Shown: in pieces, positions 17,721 through 26,617 of the stretch
Layout of the letters: each line of letters opens with the position of its first letter
Numbering within the stretch: the stretch's first letter is position 1
Origin: an uncultured bacterium
GTDB lineage: Bacteria; Patescibacteriota; Minisyncoccia; Phycocordibacterales; PALSA-1337
DNA length: 56,517 nt
Assembly (NCBI GenBank): GCA_903842025.1
Contig: CAIMKX010000009.1
Coordinates: 1 to 56,517 of the forward strand
Reading direction: 5' to 3'
Program-made: the position numbers and the translations under genes
Notes under the pieces: generated by a model
Database searches by the model: none
Told to the model about the DNA's origin: nothing
The model's input: only the letters and a program-made list of their open reading frames with translations

Positions 17721-18605
17721 ATGAAAACTTTCAAAGAACGAACTCCGGATACTCAATACAGAAATGTCCTGAAGCTCATCATGGAGACAGGCACCGAGGT
17801 CAAACCGATTCAAGGCGAAAAGTCCAAGATGGTCGTCGGCGCTCAGATGCGATTCAATCTCGATAACGGATTCCCTCTCATAACCGAAAGAGACCTTTCC
17901 AAGCTCATGAATGGCGCCCTGGCCGAACACTTTGCTTTCCTCCACGGTGCCCATACTCAAACTGAACTTGAGAAATGGGGCAATAAATGGTGGAGCCGCT
18001 GGGTCACAGCCGAAAGATGCGCCATCTTTGGTTTTCCACAAGGAGAACTTGGCCCGGGATCATATGGTCCAGCATGGACCGCCTTCCCTACAGCCGAAGG
18101 TAAACCCTTCAATCAGATCACTGAGGTAATGCAACAGCTCAAGGAAATGCCTTTTTTGAGAACCCATTGGATTTCAAATTGGATTCCTCAGTACACGATC
18201 CAACATTCGAAGTTGAAGCGCAAAGTCGTCGTCGCTCCTTGCCACGGCAACTTACACATCTTTGCCTATCCGGAAACCAAGGAAATCTCGGTACACCATA
18301 TTCAGAGAAGCGGTGATATGCCCGTTGGAGTAGCCTTCAACCTCATACAGTACGCCGCATTCACTCTCATGGTCGCCCAAATCATGGGCTACAAAGCCAA
18401 AGAGTTGGTCTACACCGTCTCTGATGCCCATATCTATGAGGGTCAATACGAATTGGTCAAGGAATTGCTCGCCCGCGAGCCTCGAGCCTTCCCGACGGTC
18501 ACCTTGGATCCGTCGATTACGGACATCATGGATTTCCGGCCGGAGCACTTCACTCTGACCGATTACAATCCTCATGAAGCTATGAAGATTCCAACTCCGG
18601 TCTAA
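17721..18605 (+). CDS. thyA: thymidylate synthase (ThyA) family protein, divergent
   Basis: Collinear with E. coli ThyA as I recall it: QMRFNL..GFPL, APCHG (catalytic Cys), QRSGD, AFNLIQY (Asn177 equivalent), SDAHIY and REPR. Confidence 0.8.
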   Translation: MKTFKERTPDTQYRNVLKLIMETGTEVKPIQGEKSKMVVGAQMRFNLDNGFPLITERDLSKLMNGALAEHFAFLHGAHTQTELEKWGNKWWSRWVTAERCAIFGFPQGELGPGSYGPAWTAFPTAEGKPFNQITEVMQQLKEMPFLRTHWISNWIPQYTIQHSKLKRKVVVAPCHGNLHIFAYPETKEISVHHIQRSGDMPVGVAFNLIQYAAFTLMVAQIMGYKAKELVYTVSDAHIYEGQYELVKELLAREPRAFPTVTLDPSITDIMDFRPEHFTLTDYNPHEAMKIPTPV

Positions 18606-18609
18606 GATT

Positions 18610-19068
18610 ATGAAAAAGAATTCTTTCGTTGACACGAACAATTCCGTCTCACGACCGGACGGCAAATATGCCCGAGTGATCAATGAGATCGCCGAGCATG
18701 GCGTCTGTCCGTTCTGTGAAGAAAATCTTTCCAAGTATCACAAAAATCCTGTGGAAGAACGGAAGTTTTGGTGGGTAACGGACAATATGTATCCGTACAC
18801 ACCAACCCTTCATCATCGTCTTATCATTCACAAGAAGCATATCGAGCATTATTCGGAGCTATCTAGTGAAGCCAAAGCCGAACTCGATCAAATATTCCAA
18901 GATGAAATGACGAAGCAAAACATCGATGGTGGCGCCCTGGTCATGCGTTTCGGTACGACGAAATATACCGGCGCTTCAGTGATCCATCTGCATTGTCATA
19001 TTGTCCAATCCAACCCCGACGACCGATCATATGACAAGTCCAAAGGAGTCATCATGCGCATCGGTTAG
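18610..19068 (+). CDS. HIT-superfamily nucleotide hydrolase/transferase
   Basis: Histidine triad HLHCHIV near the C-terminus and a CPFC zinc motif near the N-terminus (GalT/Apa2-like branch). Confidence 0.75.
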   Translation: MKKNSFVDTNNSVSRPDGKYARVINEIAEHGVCPFCEENLSKYHKNPVEERKFWWVTDNMYPYTPTLHHRLIIHKKHIEHYSELSSEAKAELDQIFQDEMTKQNIDGGALVMRFGTTKYTGASVIHLHCHIVQSNPDDRSYDKSKGVIMRIG

Positions 19069-19074
19069 ATTCTA

Positions 19075-19908
19075 CTATGCAACCAAAACAACCTCGACCC
19101 CAAAATGGTCGAGGATTTTTTCTGCATCGAGAAGAGAGTAACCTTTTGAATAGTAGACAATTTTAACACCAGCTGTTCCAATTAATCTAGCGCAGTTTGG
19201 ACAAGGAAAAGTCGTTGAATACAAAGCGGTTCCCTTCAGACTTTTACCATCCTTGGCCGCTTTGGCGATAATTTCCGCTTCGGCATGAATAGATGTGTAA
19301 ATATCCTGGTGTTCCCCGGCATTGAAGTTGCCACGGGGATCGCCATTCATAGCTAGATCCAAATCCGTTGGCAAATGATGGTTATGGGATGAATAAATTA
19401 CTTTCTTGTTCTTCAAGACCAGGGCACCGATCTGTCTCCACCAATCGGCACTTTTTTGGGCTTCAACAAAGGCTTTATCAATCATCTTCTTATGAAAAAC
19501 TGACTTGGTTATTTTCCAATCCGGTGATATCTCAAATTCCTTAAAGGTGATGATTTTGTTCCATCGCAAAAAAGTTGGGATGTATTTAACTTTCACGTTC
19601 TTGAAATATTTCTCCGCCAATTCATGGCAGACTTCGTCATCAGGCATAATGACACTTTTATAATTCAAGGAATTGAGGTCCTTTGAATTCAGCGCTTGAA
19701 TCGTTCGCTTTGGTAGCAAAACTTTCAAAGCCTCGACAAGAACTTCCGGTTCAATAGTGCGAACATCACGAGTCAAATGAACATTCTTGCTTATCAATTC
19801 AGAGCTAAATATAAAAATATCACCTTGATTGGCCTTGAAGAAATCCAAATAGCCTTTGTGCAGAACCGGAACAAAAGCGATTACGGCTTGGCTTTGAATT
19901 CGCATCAT
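19075..19908 (-). CDS. dCMP/CMP deaminase with ~130-aa N-terminal extra domain
   Basis: C-terminal HAEAE...PCPNCARLI zinc-binding cytidine/deoxycytidylate deaminase signature. The N-terminal domain is unassigned. Confidence 0.8.
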   Translation of the reverse strand: MMRIQSQAVIAFVPVLHKGYLDFFKANQGDIFIFSSELISKNVHLTRDVRTIEPEVLVEALKVLLPKRTIQALNSKDLNSLNYKSVIMPDDEVCHELAEKYFKNVKVKYIPTFLRWNKIITFKEFEISPDWKITKSVFHKKMIDKAFVEAQKSADWWRQIGALVLKNKKVIYSSHNHHLPTDLDLAMNGDPRGNFNAGEHQDIYTSIHAEAEIIAKAAKDGKSLKGTALYSTTFPCPNCARLIGTAGVKIVYYSKGYSLLDAEKILDHFGVEVVLVA

Positions 19909-20543
19909 CTTTTTTGTCTAATATTCTCCAGAAATTCTCCAGTTAATCTCGTGACTTCCTTGGCCAGCTTTTCAGCACCTTCAATGGTCAAATTTCGAAT
20001 GCGAGCCGAAGTCGTTGTCGTCGCTTGTGGCGGCAAAGTGACGATCTTGCCACAAAACGGCGTGTACTCCTGGGCCATGCTCCGAGTAAAATCAGTTGTG
20101 GATTTGGATACGACCAAAACATTTGGCTGAACCAGCTTGATCAAATCGCCAATACCGTGACTCGCCTCCCTCAAAGTAACAATGTCGACATGGCGCAAAT
20201 GAGCCAGCATTTTTAATCGTTCCTCTTGCGGAACAATCGGCCGCTCCGGACCTTTGCGCTTGCGAGTCAGCTCGTCAGAATCGACGCCGACAATAAGAAC
20301 GTCGCCTAGAGCCTTGGCCGCCTCTAGATAAGCAGCGTGGCCTTCGTGGATCAGATCATAAACGCCTTGGGTCAGAACAATCTCATAGCCCATTTCCTTG
20401 AAGGTGTGGACGATCTTTTCCAAATCTTTGTAGTCAGGAATAAAACGATGTTCAAGGTGTGAACCGGGCGAAAGAACGTGTTTGATCGTCGTCTTTGTAC
20501 CGTTGCCGTTGGTTTCTTGTTTGATGACCTTTTTCATGTACAT
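19905..20543 (-). CDS. cytidylyltransferase-like (HxGH) nucleotidyltransferase
   Basis: GVYDLIHEGHAAYLEAAKALGDVLIVGVDSD matches the (T/H)xGH nucleotidyltransferase fold (RfaE-II/TagD-like). Start chosen at MYMKKV. Confidence 0.7.
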   Translation of the reverse strand: MYMKKVIKQETNGNGTKTTIKHVLSPGSHLEHRFIPDYKDLEKIVHTFKEMGYEIVLTQGVYDLIHEGHAAYLEAAKALGDVLIVGVDSDELTRKRKGPERPIVPQEERLKMLAHLRHVDIVTLREASHGIGDLIKLVQPNVLVVSKSTTDFTRSMAQEYTPFCGKIVTLPPQATTTTSARIRNLTIEGAEKLAKEVTRLTGEFLENIRQKR

Positions 20544-20592
20544 TGAAGTATAAACCAGGAATAAAATAAAACAACAAGACAAAAGCTTAAAT

Positions 20593-21135
20593 ATGTATCA
20601 AAACGATGTTATACTCAAACCCATGAAATGTTTCATCATCTCCGCCCTCACCGCCGACGGCTATATCGCCAAGAACCGGACCCATGCCGCGATGTGGACC
20701 AGCAAAGAAGACAAGAAACGCTTTGTAGCACTTACAAAACAAGCCGGCGTCATCGTCATGGGCTTGAATACCTGGCAGACCCTGGGCAAACCTCTCAAAG
20801 ACCGTCTCAATATCGTTTACTCCCCCACTCCGCTTCCGGCAATTCCTGGCATGGAATCAACGGTCAAGGATCCCAAAGAATTATTGCAAGAATTGGAAAG
20901 CCGCGGCGTGAAGGAGGTGGCCATTTGCGGAGGCTCAACCATTTATACGATGTTCATGCAAACCGGTTTGGTCAACAAACTATATCTCACCATTGAACCG
21001 ATCCTATTCGGTGACGGAATGAGACTGTTCAACAAAGATCTGGATTACAAACTCAAACTATTGAGTTGCGAGAAGACGGAGGGAGGGACGCTACTACTAG
21101 ATTACGACGTAGAAAGTACGGCTGCAAATTTCTAA
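20593..21135 (+). CDS. dihydrofolate reductase family protein (RibD C-terminal type)
   Basis: Motifs ISALTADGYIA..., VIVMGLNTWQTLG and ICGGSTIY fit the DHFR/RibD_C fold. An alternative start is MKCF at 20623. Confidence 0.7.
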   Translation: MYQNDVILKPMKCFIISALTADGYIAKNRTHAAMWTSKEDKKRFVALTKQAGVIVMGLNTWQTLGKPLKDRLNIVYSPTPLPAIPGMESTVKDPKELLQELESRGVKEVAICGGSTIYTMFMQTGLVNKLYLTIEPILFGDGMRLFNKDLDYKLKLLSCEKTEGGTLLLDYDVESTAANF

Positions 21136-21223
21136 TTACCTAATTTTTAATTACTAAAAAATGACCAAGCTCCAATTGGGACTTGATCATTTCTTAGTAA
21201 TTAGAAATTAAAAATTAGAAATT
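21123..21223. repeat. family A element, copy A3
   Basis: Termini tgcaaatttctaatt ... aattagaaatt. Lies between the DHFR-family stop and the rplK stop. Confidence 0.8.
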
Positions 21224-21646
21224 TTACTTCACATCCACTCCCATAGACCTTGCGGTACCCGCAATAACCTTCATGGCCGCTTCGACGGTATTGGCATTCA
21301 GATCCGGCATTTTCTTTTCGGCAATCTCTTTGAGTTGAGCTTTGGTGATAGTGCCGACTTTGCTCAAGTTGGGCTTGCCGGAACCTTTGTCTTTCTTGAG
21401 AGCTTTTAATATGAGGCTGGAAGCTGGAGGAGTCTTCAGAACGAAGGAATATGTACGATCTTCGTAAACCGTAATAACGACCGGGATCATATCGCCGATC
21501 TTGTCCTTGGTGGCATCGTTGAACTTCTTGGTGAAATCGCCGATATTGACGCCAGCTTGGCCCAAAGTCGGTCCCAAAGGAGGAGCCGGAGTGGCTTTGC
21601 CGGCGGGAGCGAGGACCTTGACTTTCTTGATTATTTTCTTGGCCAT
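21224..21646 (-). CDS. rplK: 50S ribosomal protein L11
   Basis: The 140-aa sequence reads [35 protein letters not shown], which is canonical L11. Confidence 0.97.
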   Translation of the reverse strand: MAKKIIKKVKVLAPAGKATPAPPLGPTLGQAGVNIGDFTKKFNDATKDKIGDMIPVVITVYEDRTYSFVLKTPPASSLILKALKKDKGSGKPNLSKVGTITKAQLKEIAEKKMPDLNANTVEAAMKVIAGTARSMGVDVK

Positions 21647-21684
21647 AGTTGTAGTTTGCTATGCTAGCATAAGTAATGATTAAA

Positions 21685-21819
21685 GTAAATTTCTAATTGA
21701 CCTAATTTCTAATTTCTAAAAAATGACCAAATCCCAATGCCCAATTTAATATCTGAATCTTAGAAATTGGTGTTTGGGTATTTCTTAGGTAATTAGGTCA
21801 ATTAGTAATTAGGTTAATT
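21685..21819. repeat. family A element, copy A4
   Basis: Reads aaatttctaattgacctaatttctaa ... ttaggtcaattagtaattaggttaatt. Lies between rplK and nusG. Confidence 0.75.
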
Positions 21820-21821
21820 CG

Positions 21822-22367
21822 TTAGACCTTTTTAACCTGAAGAAAATCTAATTCAACAGGGGTTTCGCGTCCAAACATGGATACCAAGACCTTGATCTTA
21901 CCTCTCTGGGTATCAACTTCCGCCACCTTGCCTTCAAAATCCTTGAAGGGACCGTCGGCGACTTTGACCAAATCGCCCGACGTAAGATCGATGGAATGCT
22001 GGGTCGTGCTTTTTTCCATTCTTGAGAATAAAGTTTCCACTTCTTTGGGATCCAAAGGAACGGGAGAAACGCCGGCGCCGACGAAACCGGTCACGCGAGG
22101 GGTATTCCTGACCACATACCAGGAATCATCGGTAACTATCATGTCCACGAGAACATAGCCCGGATAGATCTTTTCCTCTTCCTCGACTCTTTTGCCGCCT
22201 TTGACTTTGATCTTCTTTTCCGTTGGGACGATGACAGCGAAGATCTTGTCTTCCATGCCCAGTGACTCGATGCGTTGTTTGAGATTCCTAGCCACGGCGT
22301 TTTCATAGCCGGCATAAGTATGGATGGCGTACCAATTGCGTTCACCGGTTGTGTTTTGTTTGGTCAT
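21822..22367 (-). CDS. nusG: transcription termination/antitermination factor NusG
   Basis: NGN domain WYAIHTYAGYENAV and C-terminal KOW motif GDLVKVADGPFKDFEGKV. Confidence 0.95.
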   Translation of the reverse strand: MTKQNTTGERNWYAIHTYAGYENAVARNLKQRIESLGMEDKIFAVIVPTEKKIKVKGGKRVEEEEKIYPGYVLVDMIVTDDSWYVVRNTPRVTGFVGAGVSPVPLDPKEVETLFSRMEKSTTQHSIDLTSGDLVKVADGPFKDFEGKVAEVDTQRGKIKVLVSMFGRETPVELDFLQVKKV

Positions 22368-22405
22368 GGTAATTTAAAGTTTAAGAACAAATAGCACCAG
22401 TCGCG

Positions 22406-22475
22406 CCTTCAGGCGAGAGAAGTGTCGCGTAATTCGAGCGAAGCGAGAATCGGAGCGACACTTGTCTCGCCGAGG
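22406..22475. repeat. family C palindromic element, copy C1
   Basis: Reads ggcgagagaagtgtcgcgtaattcgagcgaagcgagaatcggagcgacacttgtctcgcc. It is the inverted copy of 23821-23890. Confidence 0.8.
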
Positions 22476-22512
22476 CGCGAAGATATTTTAAATAATAATT
22501 TTGCATTTTCAA

Positions 22513-22689
22513 TTAGAATAAAAGTGTTAGTAATCTCGAAAATACAAAATCGGCGATGCCGAGAAGGATGGCCGTGGCCAAAGAAACCGTAATGACAAGA
22601 ATCGTAAATCGGGTCGTTTCGGCGCGAGTTGGCCAATTGACATGAGTCATTTCAGCCCTTGTTTCCCTTATATATTCAGTGATTTTCAT
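22513..22689 (-). CDS. secE: preprotein translocase subunit SecE
   Basis: 58-aa ORF below the track cutoff, translated by hand: MKITEYIRETRAEMTHVNWPTRAETTRFTILVITVSLATAILLGIADFVFSRLLTLLF. Has the KVxWP motif plus a single TM and sits directly upstream of nusG. Confidence 0.8.
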   Translation of the reverse strand: MKITEYIRETRAEMTHVNWPTRAETTRFTILVITVSLATAILLGIADFVFSRLLTLLF

Positions 22690-22782
22690 ATTTTTATTAA
22701 AAAACCCCTCCTGGGGATAACAGGTTGATAATATACCCGTAGGTACTTAAAGTCAATGATTTTGGAACTGATACACTCTCCT

Positions 22783-22885
22783 TTGAGTTTGAAGGGACTA
22801 GTTTTTAGGAACTAGAGACTAGCGAATCGCAGGTTGTGCGATTCACTAGTCCCTAACAACTAGTCCCTAGTCCCTTGCGATTCAA
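22783..22885. repeat. palindromic element E (actagtccct-rich)
   Basis: Reads gggactag..ctagcgaatcgca-ggttg-tgcgattcactagtccc..ctagtccc. Confidence 0.6.
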
Positions 22886-22890
22886 GTCCC

Positions 22891-23676
22891 TTATTTGATC
22901 TCATACGTGATCGTCACATTGTCAGTCACTTTCTGTTCACCCGTCGGGATCTCCGGAGAGACTGAAGCAACCTTGGATGACATCATGTCCGTGGCGCCCA
23001 TGGCATAGACCGGACGAGGATAATTGCTGTTATTTTCCGAGAAACTGATGATCCTGACCAGAGAAACGCCGAGCTGTTTGGCCAAAGTATTGGCTTTGTC
23101 CTGGGCATTGGCTATGGCCTTGGAGCGAGCCTCGGCCTGGACAGCTTCCGGTTTGTCGACAGAGAATGACAGTTGGCCGATATTCTGAACACCCAAGGAA
23201 CCAATCGAGGTCAATAATGCCCCTGCGCTCTTCAAATCACGGACTTTGACCAGAATGCTTTGGCTGACGTCATAACCAGTCAGGATCGACTTGGAAGGAG
23301 GACAGCTATAAGTAGAACAGACGCTGTTTTGGTATTCATAATGCGGATTGATGGAATAGGACTGAGTCTGAATATCCTTGTCAGCCACGCCGCCATCGCG
23401 GACAGCCTTCAAGGCGGCATTGATCTTGGTCGTAGCTTGGGTTTGGGCGTCAGCCACGGTTTTGGCCGTCTCCGTTACGCTGAATGAAAACGTAGCGATA
23501 TCAGGCACAGCAACTGCGTCGCCCGTTCCGTCAACGTTAATGGTGTTAGTGGTATTCGGGTTGACTCCGACATAACGGATCGACTTGATCTCTTTGACGG
23601 AAGTCACGGCCAGAAATATGATCAGAAGTCCAAGGACTCCCATGGTCGCATTCCAAAACTTTGAAGGGATGTTCAT
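22891..23676 (-). CDS. SIMPL/DUF541-family periplasmic protein
   Basis: N-terminal TM/signal anchor, length of 261 aa and sequence pattern (..ISFSVTE..., GYDVSQSILVKVRD) resemble SIMPL (26-kDa periplasmic immunogenic protein) members. Confidence 0.7.
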   Translation of the reverse strand: MNIPSKFWNATMGVLGLLIIFLAVTSVKEIKSIRYVGVNPNTTNTINVDGTGDAVAVPDIATFSFSVTETAKTVADAQTQATTKINAALKAVRDGGVADKDIQTQSYSINPHYEYQNSVCSTYSCPPSKSILTGYDVSQSILVKVRDLKSAGALLTSIGSLGVQNIGQLSFSVDKPEAVQAEARSKAIANAQDKANTLAKQLGVSLVRIISFSENNSNYPRPVYAMGATDMMSSKVASVSPEIPTGEQKVTDNVTITYEIK

Positions 23677-23752
23677 GATTATTGGTTATTTAGATTATAA
23701 TAGGTTCATCTTAACTTGAGATGAGTATTTCGGCAACTGACTTTTTCTTTTT

Positions 23753-23963
23753 GTCATTCCCGCGAAGGCGGGAATCCAGTGTCGAACACCAATTACAGAC
23801 TTCTAATATCCCCGCACCCTCTCAGCGAGACAAGTGTCGCTCCGATTCTTCGCTTCGCTCGAATTACGCGACACTTCTCCCGCCTGAGGAGGGTGCGGCT
23901 ACGCGATTCGTTTTTCATATTACTAGTTGTTATATTCTGGATTCCTGCCTTCGCGGGAATGAC
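23753..23963. repeat. family B termini enclosing a family C element (nested composite)
   Basis: gtcattcccgcgaaggcgggaatcc ... ggattcctgccttcgcgggaatgac, with C2 (23821-23890) inside. Confidence 0.75.
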
Positions 23964-23970
23964 ACTAAGA

Positions 23971-24837
23971 TCATTTCTTCTCGCACAAATCCATCAAATT
24001 CTCAAAAAGTGAAAGCACGGTCATCGGCCCCACTCCTCCCGGAACCGGCGTGATGGCGGCCACAACTTTGTTCACGGCCTCAAAATCGACGTCACCGACC
24101 AGTTTTTTGGTTTCAATCTCGTCATCCAGTTTTTCACCGACCAAGGTGTTTATCCCGACATCTATAATGACTTGGCCTTTCTTGACATTCTTTTTCTGGA
24201 TCAAGCCAGGCTTGCCTGCTACACAAATAACGACATCAGCCACCTTGGTCTCTTTGGCCAGATCCTGAGTTTTGCTGTGACAAACGGTCACCGTAGCGTT
24301 TTCATTGAGACACATGGCGATGACCGGCTTCCCCACCAAAGTTGATCGGCCGATGACCGCGACTTTCTTACCGAACAGATCGATCTTGTAACTCTTCAAA
24401 AGAGTCCGGATGCCCCTTGCCGTGGCCGGTAAAAGAGCGTCTTCGTTGCCATCGAGCCATCGTTTGACGCTATGAGCCGTCAAAGCATCGACATCTTTGC
24501 TCGGCAGGATTGAATCAATAACGGCGTCATCGTCAATTTCTATGGGTAGAGGCAACTGGACGATTATTCCTTGAATCGTAACGTCGGCATTACATTCCTG
24601 AACGATACTTATAAGCTCGCTTTGCGGAACCGTCTCCAAAACCTGAATATGCTTGACATTGACGCCGATCTTCTTCCCGAAGGCTTTCTTGGCGTTAATA
24701 TATGAATTGGAATCGTCGCGATTGCCCGCCTGGATGATGGCCAAAGTCGGCGTACTTGAAAGCGCCGAAACCCTTTTGGCCAGTTCCGGAACGCGTTCAT
24801 CGCGCGTTTTGCGTCCGTCGAGGATGGTAGCTGACAT
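23971..24837 (-). CDS. folD: bifunctional methylene-THF dehydrogenase/methenyl-THF cyclohydrolase
   Basis: ILDGRK.., VQLPLP, GRSTLVGKPV and TPVPGGVGPMT motifs. Confidence 0.95.
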   Translation of the reverse strand: MSATILDGRKTRDERVPELAKRVSALSSTPTLAIIQAGNRDDSNSYINAKKAFGKKIGVNVKHIQVLETVPQSELISIVQECNADVTIQGIIVQLPLPIEIDDDAVIDSILPSKDVDALTAHSVKRWLDGNEDALLPATARGIRTLLKSYKIDLFGKKVAVIGRSTLVGKPVIAMCLNENATVTVCHSKTQDLAKETKVADVVICVAGKPGLIQKKNVKKGQVIIDVGINTLVGEKLDDEIETKKLVGDVDFEAVNKVVAAITPVPGGVGPMTVLSLFENLMDLCEKK

Positions 24838-24879
24838 AAGAAAAGCATAACATATATAGACTCGTTGTGAATGCTTGTT

Positions 24880-25923
24880 TCAATCCCAGAATATTCTCTC
24901 GATTTGACCTTGAATTTTTTCGCTTCGGCAATGTTTCAACATTCCAAGATATGAACATATTGAATTCGTAAGCTTTTCCTGGTCTATCAAACCAGTCTCT
25001 AAATCCAACCTTAATCTCGCAATCTTTTTAAGCATCCTTTTCTTCGTGCTTGTTCGGAGAACTTTGTAATGTGGCAAAGAAACGTATCCAAGAAAGTCCG
25101 TCCCCTGATAAATCTTTCTTATTTCTAATTTTCGTGGATGTAAATCCAAATCCATTTCACTTTTAAGAAAATCAGCAATTACCGAAATATGACTTTTAAG
25201 TTGTTCTTTTGATTCATCAAGAATCACAAAATCATCACAATATCTTATGTAATATCTGGCTTTGAGTTTATGTTTAATAAATTGGTCGAATTCATTCATA
25301 TAAATATTGGCAAAAAGCTGACTGGTAACATTACCTAAAGGCAAACCCTTCTCTGGTGTGTGATTAAATGATTCAATAATTTCTTGAATGAAAATAAGCA
25401 ATTTTACGTCCTGAATTTTTCCTGAAATTAGTCGAATTAACTTATCATGATCAACAGAATCAAAGAATTTTCTGATGTCACATTTCAAGACATAAGCTTG
25501 CCGTGTGAAATTTTGCGAAACTTTTCGTGAAAATACCTCCAATCGTTTGACTCCAGCATGAGTCCCTTTTTGATTTCTGGAAGAATAAACGTCATAGATA
25601 AATGAAGAATTAAATACATGGTACAATTTCCGGTGCACCGCCTGGAAAAGCACCCGATCGCGGACACTGGCAATATGAATGGTCCGTTTCTTTGGGTCTT
25701 GAATTATTGAAACCTTGTAAGGATCAAGTCTGAATCGGCCATTTACCAAATCCTCATGTAATATAAAAAGGTTTTCTTCCAAACGAAGATTGAATTCAGC
25801 CACATCTTTATTTGATTTCTTACCTTTACTGAATTCTTTCCAGGCGGCAAAAATATTTTCGATGGAAATTACATCACAAAAATCACAACTATTATGACCC
25901 CCCCCCGACACCACATTGCCCAT
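24880..25923 (-). CDS. diversity-generating retroelement reverse transcriptase
   Basis: RT motifs including LPLGNVTSQ ([I/L]GxxxSQ, DGR-type motif 4) and YCDDF (YxDD). The 347-aa protein has no maturase or endonuclease domains. It is adjacent to the TR/VR pair. Confidence 0.9.
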   Translation of the reverse strand: MGNVVSGGGHNSCDFCDVISIENIFAAWKEFSKGKKSNKDVAEFNLRLEENLFILHEDLVNGRFRLDPYKVSIIQDPKKRTIHIASVRDRVLFQAVHRKLYHVFNSSFIYDVYSSRNQKGTHAGVKRLEVFSRKVSQNFTRQAYVLKCDIRKFFDSVDHDKLIRLISGKIQDVKLLIFIQEIIESFNHTPEKGLPLGNVTSQLFANIYMNEFDQFIKHKLKARYYIRYCDDFVILDESKEQLKSHISVIADFLKSEMDLDLHPRKLEIRKIYQGTDFLGYVSLPHYKVLRTSTKKRMLKKIARLRLDLETGLIDQEKLTNSICSYLGMLKHCRSEKIQGQIERIFWD

Positions 25924-26263
25924 TATTCATGCGATTAGGATACTGCATAAGGATATTTATTGCACCAGTAATAGGTTTTCAAAACGCGATAAGCTTGGTA
26001 TCCATGCGACTATCGAATCTTTGTGTATAGAAATATTATCTTTGGCAGTCGAGTCGGCATTCAAACCTGGATATCAGAAAAAGATCACCCTGGAATCTTT
26101 GCGGCTGAAAATAGAAGTGCTCAAACATTTGGTAAGAACGGAAAACGAGTTGGAAATTATTGATCAAAGAACATATCTCCGTATCGAAAAACAACTTGTC
26201 GAAATCTCAAAAATGACAAATGGCTGGATCACTTACGTAACGCAAAAAGAGTCTTCAAAATGA
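25916..26263 (+). CDS. avd: Avd-like four-helix-bundle accessory protein (opposite strand to RT)
   Basis: 115 aa, helical. The C-terminal LVEISKMTNGWITYVTQK resembles the bAvd C-terminus (..EVGRILGSWIARVNRK, as I recall it) and 23S-IVS/Avd family proteins. Confidence 0.65.
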   Translation: MPIIHAIRILHKDIYCTSNRFSKRDKLGIHATIESLCIEILSLAVESAFKPGYQKKITLESLRLKIEVLKHLVRTENELEIIDQRTYLRIEKQLVEISKMTNGWITYVTQKESSK

Positions 26264-26278
26264 AAACTCCTTGCGAGA

Positions 26279-26395
26279 AACTTCCTGGCGAGCCCGCAAG
26301 TTCGGATTCCTGTTGTCCGGATTGTTCCAGTTGACCTTGAACTTGCCGCCGTTCCAGTTCGCGTTCGGGACGTTGCCGTCCGAATTGCGGGAACC
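26279..26395 (-). repeat. DGR template repeat (TR)
   Basis: 117 bp, non-coding, homologous to 26627-26743. Rich in AAC/AAT codons when read in the VR frame. Confidence 0.85.
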
Positions 26396-26567
26396 CTCGT
26401 ATTACCCTTCCCCTTCCACGTCTCCGAATGTCATTCGCATAACATTCTGTGTCTGCTCTGGTATTGCGAGCTTTGTATGGAAAAGAGTAAGCAGTTTCTA
26501 AATTATGGACAAATTGTTATAAGATTAAAATAATCAAACCAATTTAACAGTCCTTGTCACATTATAC

Positions 26568-26598
26568 AAAAAATGCCCCCGCTTTGGTAAACGGGGGC
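26568..26598 (-). terminator. GC hairpin plus U-tract just downstream of VR and the target stop codon
   Basis: Minus strand reads GCCCCCG-UUUACCAAAG-CGGGGGC followed by AUUUUUU, 20 nt after the stop at 26618. Confidence 0.7.
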
Positions 26599-26617
26599 AA
26601 GTGAACAAGTTAAAAGA

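Noticed and set aside
21123-21223. rplK not followed by rplA (the L11 operon appears broken)
   Set aside because: Gene-order variation of this kind is common in reduced genomes, and the window cannot show where rplA lies. It is not a finding on its own.
24880-25923. RT as a group II intron or retron reverse transcriptase
   Set aside because: There is no maturase (X) or En domain, no domain V-like RNA nearby, and no msr/msd-type inverted repeats. The LGxxxSQ motif and the A-biased TR/VR pair point to a DGR.
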